Below, piece after piece: positions 38,830 to 51,910 of a DNA stretch of 64,000 nt. Numbering within the stretch: the stretch's first letter is position 1; each line of letters opens with the position of its first letter. The stretch spans positions 56,482,001 to 56,546,000 of the forward strand of contig NC_043006.1 in NCBI RefSeq assembly GCF_006345805.1, read 5' to 3'. A program made the position numbers and the translations under genes. The DNA comes from Octopus sinensis (lineage: Eukaryota). A model generated the notes under the pieces. It was not told the DNA's origin. It saw nothing but the letters and a program-made list of their open reading frames with translations, and did not search any database.

Positions 38830-39870
38830 GCAAATATTCTTTTCTACTCTAGGCACAAGGCCCGAAAATTTGTGGGAGAGGGGCCAATCGATAAAATCGA
38901 CCCCTGTACACAAGTGGTACTTAATTTATCGACCCCGAAATGATGAAAAGCAAAGTCGACCTCTGCTGAATTTGAACTCAGAACGTAAAGACAGACGAAA
39001 TACCGCTAAGCATTTCGCCCGACGTGCTAACGGTTCTGCTAGCTCGCCGCCTTACAAGATCACAAATATTGAGAAACGGCTGTAGTTGATTAAATCTACC
39101 ACATTAATTTTCTCATCTTTGAAGGATGAATGAAAAATTTCTAAGTGGAGAAATTTTAATATTATCTTAATAATAATACGCGAAGATATTTGCTTTTAAT
39201 TGTGCGCAACAATACCACTGCAATAAATTTTATTTGCCTATTTTTTGTAATAAATACTAGCATTTGGAGGTATTACTCTTTCAATCGCTTGTTTCTGATC
39301 TTACTGATACAATTTCTAAGTGGAGAAATTTTTCTCAGACTACAAGAAATTAAATGCAGTGCAGGGATTGTTCGGTGTTCTACCGATACTGCTTGCAATA
39401 TTAATAATATTGTTTTAGGTTTTAACCAAATCCAGTTAATTTTAGTGTGAAGAGGTTGGTCGTTTACGCCGAACCCGATAGTTGGCTGGTACATCATTTT
39501 ATCGACCGTGAACAGATAAAAAGCAAAATGAAAACGGTGGAATCTGGGCATAAGGCATAAGAATCCAGAAGAAATGCTGCTAAGTATTTTGTCTGACGAG
39601 CAACCGATTTTGCCAGCTCACAACCTTAATTATTTCCAGTTTTAGCGCAAGGCCGGCTCATTTTTTTATGGGAGGAGTTAAGTTTATTCCATCAATTCCA
39701 GTACTTGATTAGTACTTTATTTTTTTGATATCGAAAAGACGAAAATCAAAGTTGAAATCGGAAGGTAAAGTGCTGGAATATATACAGTAAAATATTTTAT
39801 TCGGTGTTCTAATTATCGTGCCAGCTCATCACCTTGCCAAAACTTTTAAGGGAAGAGGCCTGTAGATTAC
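38830..39870 (-). mobile_element. Cluster of S4 SINE copies/fragments, all on the minus strand
   Basis: Best copy 38830-39055; degenerate copies about 39430-39630 and 39650-39870. Confidence 0.75.
39157..39317 (+). repeat. About 160-bp direct repeat of 40601-40773, flanked by a 22-nt direct repeat
   Basis: TAATATTATCTTAATAATAATACGCGAAG...CTGATACAATTTCT in both; AATTTCTAAGTGGAGAAATTTT at 39136-39157 and 39311-39332. Confidence 0.9.
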
Positions 39871-40386
39871 ATCACTTACAGTACTTATCTGTTAATTTAT
39901 TTTATGGACCCCATAATGGAATGAATCACTGAGAAAATTAAATTTAATTCTAGCCTGGCCAGCTGTCGCACAAATCAGTGTAATTCTTTTCTACCGATTT
40001 CTATATCGGAAAGAATACTTTCGGCCTACCTATGGATGGTTGGGATTGCTCGTCACTGAAGAAACCAAACCAGGTCATAATAATATGTATAATGTTCTGC
40101 CAACGACATTCTGAGCGAGATCTGTGAATTTTAACACCCAAGTTTTTCTGAGAAGTTTCCCTGAGAGAATATTGTAGCTAGTGTTTATCTGCATTTGTAT
40201 ATACATCATAAATGTTTTGCAAACGACTCAGGATGCCAGCAACTTTATGGAGTCATCAGGAGAGAATGTGCGCCATTTCGGGTCTTACTTCTGAACAGTA
40301 TCATTGCCCACCGGCTCACTGCTCATTGAAATGAGGCCCCGCTTGCTAGATCAACTGGTTACCACACTTACCTCAATATTTTTCTA

Positions 40387-40568
40387 GTCAATGCTCATCG
40401 TCTCTTTTTAACCAAATCCAGTTGTTTGCCTTTTCCACTGAAATTTGGATATCACTCATGGTGGCATTTGCTTTAAGATGAGTTAGACCTGACTATAACA
40501 ACAGTCGTCTCAAACTGTGTTCAACGAATCCTCTACATCCGACTTCGATTGGAAAACCTTCACATTCT
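40387..40568 (-). pseudogene. HERO-like (R2-group, restriction-like endonuclease) retrotransposon C-terminal remnant
   Basis: ECEGFPIEVGCRGFVEHSLRRLL*SG...VEKANNWIWLKRD, matching the PVEVGCRGF...WIWLKR C-terminus of HERO-type ORFs. Confidence 0.7.
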
Positions 40569-41347
40569 GCGAGGTTTACATAATAGTCAGTCTTTCGAAA
40601 TAATATTATCTTAATAATAATACGCGAAGGCATTTGCTTTTAATTGTGCGCAACAATATCACTGCAATAAATTTTATTTGCCTATTTTTTGTAATAAACA
40701 CTAAAATATTTCTAGCAAAGTGGAGATATTACTCGTTCAATCGCTTGTTTCTGATCTTACTGATACAATTTCTTACCTAAATCTTATTTTACTATTATCG
40801 GTTAGTCGAACTCATAGGTTAAAGGCGACAATACCGGTATTTAAAGCGGTATAAACATAACACAAACACTCACTGATACTTAATCATACGCTTATTCGTA
40901 TACACATGCATAAACAAACACTCAGTCATACACACGCGCGCGCAGATGTCTGTATGTATGTGTGTATGTATGTAAAAGTAGACACTAATCAAGGTGCCCT
41001 GAAATGATATCAAGCCATGAAGTATGCATTTGCAAAGTGAACTTATTACCTACATACGGATTATCAATTTTTATTAATGTGACAAAACTTGCCGCCTTTA
41101 ATCATTTCGTGGTCAATAAAATAAATACTCGTTGAGTACTGAAGTCGATGTAATTGGCTATCTCCTCCCACAAAATTTCAGGCCTTGTGCCCATTCTACA
41201 AAAAATGATTAGTACAAGGCCGTGAGCTCACAGAAACGTTGTATTTTTGTCTGGTTCTCTGTCCTGAATTCAAATCTCATCCGGGTTAACTTTGTTTTCC
41301 ACCCGTCAGGATTTAATAAAATAATTACCAGTCAAGTACTGGGATAA

Positions 41348-41758
41348 GGATCTTTTCGGTTTGAACGGCAGTTTTTAACATAATTTCTACGTAATTAAAA
41401 TATGTTTAACTTCGTATACTGGTAGAATGTGTTTATAAAACATCTTTTTCTCTTGCCTTTATTGAGAAAATTTTATAGTTTGTAAGATATTTGTTGTTTT
41501 TTTTGTCTTCAATTTCTGCAATTTCAACCAATCAGTGACGTCTATTGAGTTAAAAAGCATTCTGTGCCGTATGAATATGTCCCTCGTTTAAGAAACACAT
41601 TGGGTTTATTTACATTTGTGAAGAAAAAAAGATACCCTTCCCCACCCCTAACCCTAAAAGAGATTGAAATGCAATAGATCGATTCTAGGGTCGTAATTAT
41701 GGGTGACAATTTCATATGACACCGCTAGAAAAAAATGCCGTTCAAACCGAAAAGATCA
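41348..41758. mobile_element. MITE with perfect 22-bp TIR and 9-bp TSD (Mutator/Merlin-like), inserted in an S4 SINE
   Basis: GATCTTTTCGGTTTGAACGGCA / TGCCGTTCAAACCGAAAAGATC; CTGGGATAA at 41339-41347 and 41759-41767. Confidence 0.92.
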
Positions 41759-41779
41759 CTGGGATAATACTTATTACCT

Positions 41780-42662
41780 CCCCTCAAAACTCTTGGCCTT
41801 CTACCTAAATCAGAAACCATTGTTATCACAGCTAAAAGCGGCGAGCTGGCAGAATCGTTAGCACGCCGGACGAAATACTTAGCAGCATTTCTTCCGGCTT
41901 TACATTCTGAGTTCGAAATCCATTGTGGTCGAGTTTCTCTTTGAACTTTTTGGGAACTGGGTCGATGTAATCGACTAGTCTTTCTCCTCAAAATGTCAGA
42001 CCTTCTATTTGTAGTAGAAGAATTATTTGCACAGCTGCAATACACAAGACTGGGAGAGGGGTCTTTGCATTCGTTCGCTCTTCATTTACTGCAGAAGTCT
42101 TTTCTCGTTCCGTTTTAGTCTAAATATGGTGGAAACACGCACGAAAAAAGAAAATTGGGAGGAGTGTAAGCGGTTTCAATCTAGCGATCTTAGAATCATT
42201 ATTTATTACTGTAACATGCTTTAATCGATCCCAGATCTATGAAGAGCAAACTTTTACTGATTTTCAGTCCATTCATAGTAGGTACGCAATTGTCGGTTTG
42301 TTTTCAGAGAGCTTACGAGTGCACTTCATTAAAAAAAAAATCTGGATTTGAATACGATAAAATACAGGCGCAGCTTCAGTTAGTTTTGCTATTTCGTTCA
42401 ACACGATTGCGTCAGACGTTCTTTCATATGGAATTTTTATTTTGAGATCTTATCAGAAGTAATCGACTTTTCTATTGCATGTTATTAACGTCAATTGATA
42501 TACGCCAACTGAAACCCGAAATAGAATCGAGAATGAATGAATTCATCGAGAAATAATCATTGTTAAACTTTCTAGAATTATCTTCTAAATCTCAGAATCA
42601 TTGTACCTGTTTTACGCACACATAAACGCACGGATACTTGCATGTATATATATATGTATATA

Positions 42663-42743
<81 letters not shown>

Positions 42744-43530
42744 TATATATATATATAGAGAGAGAGAGAAAGAGAGACAGACAGACAGGTATGAATTAAT
42801 GATATGCATACGTGTATGTGTATGTCTGTTTCCATTTATAGTTAGTTACGAGTTGTTCACAAGCATTGAATATTACCAATTACTGATGCAGTGAGCTGGC
42901 AGAGTTGTCAGTACGCCGGACAAACTGCTTAACGGCATTTCGTCTTTACGTTGTGAGTTCGCCTTTCATCTTTTCGAGATCGACAAAATACGTACCAATT
43001 GAGCAGTGGGGTCGATGTAATCGACTTATCCTCTACCTCAGATTTGCTTGTCTTGCGCCAAAATTTGAAACCGTTATTACCAATTATCTTAAAAGTTTTC
43101 TAATTTTCATATACATTTGCGGAATGCTTGGTAATATAAGTTTGCCTATAACAATATATAAACTGCTTGTATACATGATACATGTTTTTTTTAAATATAT
43201 ATGTTTGTGTGTACTTGTTGAACATTGGAGTCGATGTAATCGACTGAGCCCCTTTCCCCAAAATTGCTGGTCTTGTGACAAAACAGGAAATCATTATTAT
43301 AAATTGCTATTTGTTGCTGTATTTACTTTTGTTCTCGTCGTTGTCGTTGTTGCTTGAGTATTGATTTATTTACCTTTATTATTTAAAGTGCTGAGTTGGC
43401 AGTGTCGTTAGCACCCCGGGCAAAAATACTCAGCGATTTTTTTTGTCCGTCTTCACGTTCTGAGTTCAAGCTCTACCGAGGTCGGCTTTGCCATTCCAGC
43501 TCGTTAAGATATGTACCAGTTGAACACTGA
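41780..43530 (+). mobile_element. Dispersed S4 SINE copies (41840-42020, 42893-43075, 43220-43290, 43393-43530)
   Basis: GAGCTGGCAGAATCGTTAGCACGCCGG heads and GGGTCGATGTAATCGAC tails. Confidence 0.75.
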
Positions 43531-44114
43531 GGTTGATAATTTTTTGTTGTTGTTGTTACTTAACAAGTGCTGTCTTAGTGATATATGACTTATATGAATG
43601 TATGTATGTTAATTCAATTTAGCATATTAAGATGATTGTCTTATTTTACTCGGCAAATCTATATGGATTTATGTGTGCTGATGTGCCAGGCATTGTTTTT
43701 TTTCTTTTTATATGTTTCTGATCATGTGAAATAACTCCTCATGCAGTTCCTTAGATTAAGAATTTCATCCTAGAAATTGAAGAAAAGCAAATACCATTGA
43801 TGTTAGAGGCCTCTTAAATATTTCCACGAAAACTCCTTAAATAATTCCAACAGTGATTTTGAAAACGAGGCAAAGACGATGCTGAGTCTAACTGCAATTG
43901 GAAACTATTGTTTGACAAAAAGTTCGGAATGTGGTGTTATTAGTATAGGCTTTTACCAAAGTTCTTATCATGAATCATAAAACGCCGTTAAAAAAACTAG
44001 AGGGATTGGAAAGTATGCTAGCAAGATCCTACGAAGTTAGCATGGTCTCCGGCTATGCTTCAAAAGATTTTACTTCCTGTAGCTTCTGCAAAACTCTTGC
44101 TACCATTTTACATC

Positions 44115-44385
44115 TCTGTTAAGTAAAAAAAAAAAGTGAAGTTCCTTCTCGAGTCATATCGACTTATAGGACCGGTTTCCTTGTTTCCATTGCATATATA
44201 ATCCCCACCTGGACGGGACGCCGGTCTATCGCAGAATTACTCATTTTTGCCAGTTGAGTGAACTGGAGCAATGTGAAAGGAAGTGCTTCTTTCAAGATCA
44301 CAACGCATCACCTTCTCCAGGGATCGAAACCACAATCTTACGATCACATGTCTAACACACCAACCACCAAGCCACGCGCCTTCAC
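44115..44385 (-). mobile_element. tRNA/CORE SINE with S2-like head and a different tail
   Basis: Reverse complement TGAAGGCGCGTGGCTTGGTGG, GGTTTCGATCCC; tail differs from S2; A-rich end. Confidence 0.8.
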
Positions 44386-45711
44386 CATTTCTACTAGATG
44401 AGATTAAAACAGTAAAACATTGATACCATTACGATGCTGTGAGATTATATGGATCCTTGTTGTATGACCCAAATTCTATTGTTGATAGGCATGAAATGGA
44501 GAGAGAAAGTGTATGCCGAAGTAGAGTCCACCCTGTGAATGAAAGAGGTTAGCTTCTTGATTAAGAATACACAGCATAAACTAGAACGCATCAAGTAATA
44601 AAGCAAAAACTGGATATCTTACCAGACTAAGCGGGAACAACGAGCGACAACATGGGGTTACGAATCTACCCTGCAGGGGAAGCACGGTGGACAACAAAGT
44701 GATCGTTGATATGAGGTTGGTTCACTATTAGGCATTAGAATTCTGTTCAAGAAAGCTAAGCAAACAGGTGGTGGAAATTAGTGATACTATACTGTAACAA
44801 AACCATTCAAGAAATGTTCAACGAAGCAGAACCTTAAAGAAGTGAAGATGAAAGATGGAGATAATTGTGGGATTCACCGTAAAGAAATGGAAATGGATTA
44901 TGATTGCAAGATGAGGAGTAGAAAAGGAGAAAGCATTTCTAGAAGGAAGAAGTAATGGAAACCAAGGAGAATATTGAAGCTGGTGTTAATGCTTAAAGGG
45001 TATAAAATCAGGTTATTTCTGCTTCATTTAATGACATCAACAGATCAAGACGGTTGATATCTCTCAAATGGATTGTATTCCTCATATTCTGATAGAAAAT
45101 CAACCAACTGTTCCTTTCTCAGAAATACTAAATACAGTTAAGGTACAAAACATCATGTGAGCCTCTACCTGGTTAGTCGATCTGTTAGAAACAGTAAATA
45201 AATCTTTAAATTATAACCGTTGCTTTAGGAAAGAAAAACACATTAGGTTACACACTCCTGAGCGAATTCCACCTGATAGCCAAAAGGGATTTTCTCAGAT
45301 GGAACGCCGTTGATCATCACCTAAAAAAATTCGAACCCAAAATGATAAATTGATTTTAGCAAATTAGTACAGGTAATCTACTATTTCTGCCATTCCTCCG
45401 ACTCTATTTTAAACGTAGCTATCACTTCGCAGCCTTCAGTAAATGACAACTAAATCCCTCTCCAAATCAAAATCCAAAGGAAAAATGCATTGGTAAATGT
45501 AGTTCTTCCTTCATACAATATGCATTGCAAACGGATAGGATGTTCTATCTTTGCTCTTCCATTTCGACATTTGCCAGCAAGTATCGTTAAGAACAAGCAC
45601 ACACAGCTGTATAGCAAAACTACAGAAGTATTAAAAGTAAGAAAAATACTGAAATATAACTGGTACCGTCTTCAAGCCAGCCACGGTACGAGGTTTCCAA
45701 ACACATACATA

Positions 45712-45718
45712 TACATAA

Positions 45719-45780
<62 letters not shown>

Positions 45781-45858
45781 TATATATTATATATATATAT
45801 ACATATTTATATATATATATGCGTGTGTATGCTTGAGTATCTTCTCTATATATGTATG

Positions 45859-45951
<93 letters not shown>

Positions 45952-46235
45952 ATATATATGTATATCTATATATATATTATATATATATATATAAGTAACA
46001 AAAAGAAAAATACATACTTTATTATCTATGCATATCTTTTTTCTATCTTACTCACTAATATATGTAGGAGTCTCACTGGCTGATTATAAATGTCAATATT
46101 ACATATATTTATATATATGCGTTTATAAATATGTGTTTGTATAATACATATGAACACACTCGTACATATATATATATATAGAGAGAGAGAGACAGAGAGA
46201 CAGAGAGAGACAGAGAGACAGAGAGAGACAGAGAG
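45712..46235. repeat. CA/TA/TG/GA compound microsatellites
   Basis: Directly visible. Confidence 0.95.
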
Positions 46236-46828
46236 TAATAATCAGATAGATATAGATACATGCACGTATGTTGATCTATAAGTACGCATATACTCATTAT
46301 TGTAAAGCACTGTCAATTACACCCCTCGGGGGATGATACATACAAAGAGGCATTTAAAAGTAATCAGAAAATATAGACAAAGCTTGCCTATAATTTCCTA
46401 CATTATGCATTATCTGTGGTATCTTCAAAGGTATACGATTTGTTGTAAAGCCATGTTGTGTTTTCACATTTTGGCAGATAAACCACCTACATCATTAACT
46501 CTATAACGATTACTTTCCCCGCATTTTATCAGTTTCTTTCTGTTGGCTATGTTGGTAGGTTTCAACGTTGGCTGCCTTTATTCAGATGTTTGATTAAAGT
46601 AATTACGTTACTGCTTGGCTGGTTGGGTTCTTATTTGTAACTACTTCGTTGGTTGGCTGGTTGGCTGGCTGGTTGGTTAGTTGATTGGTTAGAATGACTC
46701 AGGAAATGTATGTGTATATATATTACAGTATGTATATATCTATATGTATCTACGATATATCTATCACTCTCTCTCTCTCTCTCTCTCTTCCTCTCTCTCT
46801 TTCTTTATCTCCCACTCTCTTTATATAT

Positions 46829-46882
<54 letters not shown>

Positions 46883-46889
46883 TATATAT

Positions 46890-47046
46890 AAGAATTTTTG
46901 AGTAATGAGATAAAAAACCAAGGCTGTGTAGATATTAGAACATTTATAGATAGTTCAATCTATAGAACTATCTATAAATGTTCTAATATCTACACAACAC
47001 AGCCTTGTTTTGTTGTTTTTTTAATTGCATTACGCAAAAAATTCTT
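46890..47046. mobile_element. About 157-bp hairpin MITE, TA-flanked
   Basis: Perfect 31-bp stem 46926-46956 / 46965-46995 with an 8-nt loop; imperfect extension to AAGAATTTTT / AAAAATTCTT. Confidence 0.85.
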
Positions 47047-47252
47047 ATATACGAACGGTGAAAAATGACCAACGTTGAACCCCTTATTCGCAAATTCACC
47101 GAATCTGGAACTTAACTAATGTCTGCTTATAGAACTTATTCAACACTACCTGACACCTTTAAGTCTCAACGACACCATTGCCTCTTATAACCTCAATATA
47201 TATATATATATTAATCTGTAAAATTAATATATGACAATTATTCGGAAGTCAC

Positions 47253-47316
47253 GATAAAATTCCGAGTTTCGGATGTCGGGGCGGAAACCCAAGCCACCAT
47301 CTCTTCAGTTATTATC
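47253..47316 (-). ncRNA. Degenerate HHR relic
   Basis: GAUAAUAA-CUGAAGA-GAUG...CAUC-C-GAAAC-UCG-GAA-UUUUAUC; U16.1 appears mutated to A. Confidence 0.45.
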
Positions 47317-47333
47317 TGGGTATCGAAAAAAAA

Positions 47334-47388
<55 letters not shown>

Positions 47389-47453
47389 CGTGTGCGTGTG
47401 TGTGTGTATGAGTGTGTGTGTGTACATACACACGAAGCCTGCCTATATATATC

Positions 47454-47945
47454 TACAAGGCATTCGGGCTAAATTTGATATTTATTTACATAAAAGGAAA
47501 AGTAAACAATACCCCATCCAAAACTAAAAGTACCTTAAAAATGAAAAAGATTATGTTAGGGATATAAATGATTATGATAGGGATATAACAGTTTATTCAA
47601 AGTAGTTGTCCTTACCTTCCACCGCGGCCACAATACGGCTTCGGAAACTGGCGCATGTGTTCCTTACAATGTCCCGAGGAAGATCTTCGAACACCTTGTT
47701 GATCTTGATCACCAGCCTTTGTGTTGCAAGCAGACTGTTGGTGCCTTTCTCAACTGCACTGTACATATAGCAAGACATGGAATTAAAGTTGACAGGATTG
47801 GAAGGCCAGAAATTGAAGATGATGAAGCCGTAGAAATTCTCCCAACTACCACTTCTGACTCTTTCCAGAGCTAATTCCTGCTGTCATACATATGGCCTTC
47901 CAGCAGCAACCCTCTCCTGCCAGGTATTAACTACTGTGTAACTGG
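47454..47945 (-). mobile_element. Tc1/mariner-superfamily transposase C-terminal remnant
   Basis: NFWPSNPVNFNSMSCYMYSAVEK...FEDLPRDIVRNTCASFRSRIVAAVEGKDNYFE*, a degenerate WPPNSPDLNPMD...W motif. Confidence 0.8.
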
Positions 47946-48041
47946 AATTTAATTGTTAGCTATCGCCCCATTTTTAATTTTGTGCAATGTGTTCTATCAC
48001 AGATATCGTTATTTTTATTGGTGCTTTGAGAATTAACTTGT

Positions 48042-48057
48042 TTATATATATATATAT

Positions 48058-48132
<75 letters not shown>

Positions 48133-48157
48133 TAGATAGATAGATAGATAGATAGAG

Positions 48158-48212
<55 letters not shown>

Positions 48213-48231
48213 CAGATATATATATATATGC

Positions 48232-48325
<94 letters not shown>

Positions 48326-48348
48326 GTATATATATATATATGTATATA

Positions 48349-48430
<82 letters not shown>

Positions 48431-48436
48431 TATATA
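48042..48436. repeat. (TA)/(GATA) compound microsatellite
   Basis: Directly visible. Confidence 0.98.
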
Positions 48437-49329
48437 TTTGTTGTTATCATCATCAACATCACTGCAGCTGGTGTTGTTGACTGCTAAGAAATAAGACTTG
48501 TTTTAGAAGTTTCTCTTCAAAGCAAAAGGATTTTACAAGATGAAATAAAGTTTTACCAATATTTTTAGATTTGCAAAATCTCTGAAGTCTCCTCTTACTG
48601 AGATTGACTGATGAAAAGAAAAATACGATTTGTGTTTTATCTCAAGACACCAAAGATGCCATGAATATTTCACGCCATGCTTCAGAAAGCAAAACTCGAA
48701 AATTGTAAAAAGTACAGTTCACACACAGAAAACACACAAGATCAGAATGGTAAGTTAATTACAATGCCAAATATTAAAAACATGCTCGAACAGAGAGAAA
48801 ACATAATCATTTTAACTTATTCGAGTAGAAATCTTGCCAACAACAACAACAACAACAGTATGCATTCACGTATTGTTTCAAGAATAAACACGAACAATAA
48901 TAAACTGACTTTTGCTAATACTCTTTTTTTTTTTTCAAGTGGTAAACCATCGATATGAAATGGTTTGTTGAGTGATCAAAGACGGAGGATATTTTGCGCA
49001 ATGAATTTGAGGAGAAACGCAAGAGTACCGTCATGGACATCAATAATGATGTTGACCAGTGATTAGTAGTAATCTTCGTGGCACACTATGAGCAGTTGAT
49101 TAATGCTGGTGTGAACGTTGGTGATATTTTGTCGGTAGAGATCACCATGAACATTTGAATTCTCATGAATCCGCAAGTCCACAAAACAGTACTAGAAATG
49201 TGTACAGTAGATCTTGCCGAAAAGAAAACCTTAAAACTCAACATCCAAGATTTTAATATTTTGAGCTCAATATTTTCACCGTTACACTTCTCTAGACTTT
49301 ATAAGCCCATAGCGAAAGATCATTACAGC

Positions 49330-49496
49330 GTCGGTATTTCCTCCTGTTTATATTCTGAGTTCAAATTCCGCCGTGGTCAACTTTACCTTTCATCCTTTCG
49401 GAACCGATAAAATAAATACCAGTTACGCACTGAGTTCGATGCAGTTGACTTAATCCCTTCCCCAAAATTTGAGGCCTTGTGCTTCCAGTAGAAAGA
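49330..49496 (+). mobile_element. S4 SINE fragment
   Basis: TTCTGAGTTCAAATTCCGCCG...TTTCATCCTTTCGG...CCAGTTACGCACTG. Confidence 0.8.
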
Positions 49497-49565
<69 letters not shown>

Positions 49566-50310
49566 TAGTTTTATTTTTATAGCGTGCTTTCACTTCACTA
49601 CCGAGCGCAGCTCTGTGTGCCTTGGGTATGTGCTGTGATTTGTTGTGATGCTCTGATGGTTATTGTATGGAAAGTGTTCTGCGTAGGATGTGTGCAGTGC
49701 CTAGTAGTGCAATTTTCTGTATGTTATATGTGTTTGTAAGTCCTGGTGTTTTTGTTATGTATTTGTCTGAATATTTTTTATCATGCCTAATGCACCTACT
49801 ATGATAGGAATTGTTTCTGTTTTCAGATTCCACATTCTAATTACCTCTATTTCCAGGTCTTTGTATTTTGAGAGTTTCTCCATTTCTTTTAGAGACACGT
49901 TGTCATCAGCCGGTATTGATACATCAATTAGAAAGCATTTTTTTTCTTCATGATCTCTGACAACTATATCTGGTCTGTTGGCCTTAATTTCTCTATCTGT
50001 GTGTATCGGCATATCCCAGAGTATGGTTGCTTTCTCGTTTTCTGTGACCTTTTCTGGTGTGTGCCTATACCATCTTTTTTCTGTTGTTATTCCATAATGT
50101 TGGCATAGCTTCCAATGTATGTAGGTTCCAACTCTGTCATGTCTGTGAATATATTCCTTCTTAGCCAGGACTGGGCAGCTAGAGATAATATGATTTATTG
50201 TTTCTTGTCCATCTCCACATATTCTGCAGTTACTTGTAATATTTCTTTTCATTACATGTTTTTGGTAATTTCTGGTGGGGAGGCTTTGGTCTCTATCTAT
50301 CTCACTCCCA
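49497..50310 (-). mobile_element. R4/Dong LINE 3' end (CCHC knuckle + restriction-like endonuclease) ending in (TAA)n
   Basis: CRICGDGQETINHIISSC, HRHDRV, ANRPDIVV, LIDVSIP, EKLSKYKDL, PIIVGALG; one frameshift near 49775; stop about 49660; (TAA)n 49497-49562. Confidence 0.95.
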
Positions 50311-51067
50311 TTTATAAAAAAAAACAAAAGATTTTGAGTAAGTTAAGAAAGAAAATATTTGGAAAGATCAATCATAAATGATTGACAACGGAAAGCACAC
50401 TTGCCTTTTGTACATGCCACTATTTGAGCGATTAAAAATGAGGAAAAAAAGGATTTCTTTGTTAAATTTAGTACTTATTTGGGGAATTTTTCGACGATTG
50501 ACCATGCAAATTAAAGCTCTAAACACGGGCTACATGCAGATGTAAATTTCTTTCAGAAAAAATGAAAACTGTGAACAATAAAAAATAAAACGCAAAAATA
50601 CGTAAAAATGAGAAAATTTTTTCAACTTAAAAAATCTTACCTTAATTTTCAAAATTTCGGACCCATTTTCCGCGCTTAAATAACAAATTCGCTTCAGACG
50701 GAATTCCACTTTACCATGTTGAAAATTCGATTGAAATCGGGTAAAAGGTGTCCAATCTAGACTCCCAAGTGTCCCCCAAAATCAATAAAATCTCCGTTTT
50801 CACACCAAAGCAACCACCGTAGCACCCCAAAACGTCTCCCAATCAATTTCTCACCTCAAGTTACCCCCTCCAGTATATTTTAAACACCTTCCAGTCCCAT
50901 TTAGACCCCTTTTTACATAAAAATTTTTATTTTATGATATATGCAACTAGGGATGTCCGTAAGGAAGAGCTGTGAAGATTTCTGCATTTTTTTTCATGTA
51001 TGCGATTGTTCATGCATCTATATCTATGTATATCTATCTTCTATGCATGTCAGTGTGTGAGTTTGCG

Positions 51068-51135
<68 letters not shown>

Positions 51136-51399
51136 AAGAAGGAGAAAGAAATAGAGACTGAGATATATAATATATTTTAATATGACGTTTGCAATTGCAA
51201 GGCTGTTGGTAATAGAATCGTTGGTAATAGACAAAAATATATTGCATATTTAGATGTGTTTCTCTGAGTTCCAACCTTGTTGTGATTTGACCTCTTCCTT
51301 TTGTCCAGGGAATCTCAACAATTTTTTTTTATGTATGGACCATTTTGATAGCTATTTTATTCTAGTGCCTCGACCCCATAGAACTAGTTTCATAGAAAC

Positions 51400-51910
51400 G
51401 TCTTCCAAAATTCCTATTTTTTTAGTGGTGGTGATGATGAGGATGAGTAGGAGGAGAAGGAGGAGGAGGGTGTTGTGACGATGAAGATGAGGATGATAAA
51501 TATGGGGTAGAGGGTGGAATAGGATGCTGATGATGACGAGGGTGATGATGGAGTTGATAATGATAGTGAAACGGATGAGATAAGTTTCACTCATCTCCTC
51601 CGTCTCTGATTACAAGAACACGCAGTTAATAATAAGAAATGAAGGAAGAAATTTTGATATTTAATTTGAAATCAGAGAAGGAGGAGCAGAAGAAGAAGCT
51701 TGAGGAAAAGGAAACGATAAGATAGAAGAATGGGGATAGAGGAAAATCGAAGTAGAAGCAGGCAGAAGAAACAAAAATCAAGAAAGACGCAGAGGGGAGA
51801 GAGGGAAAGAAAAGAAAAAGAACAACAACAGCAGTAGCAACAGCAGTAGCAGCAACAACAACAACAACAACAACATCAGCAGCAACAACAACAACAGCAA
51901 CAACAGCAAA
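51400..51910. repeat. Purine-rich low complexity with (GAT)/(GGA)/(CAA)/(CAG) repeats
   Basis: Directly visible. Confidence 0.9.

Noticed and set aside
40360-40440. Minus-strand donor GAG|GTAAGT at about 40370
   Set aside because: All frames are closed and the segment is part of the HERO-like relic.
41644-41656. CCCTAACCCTAA telomere-like repeat
   Set aside because: Only two units, inside a MITE.
49060-49200. HGDLYRQNI kinase-like motif on the minus strand
   Set aside because: Isolated; the frame stops soon after and no other kinase motifs are present.
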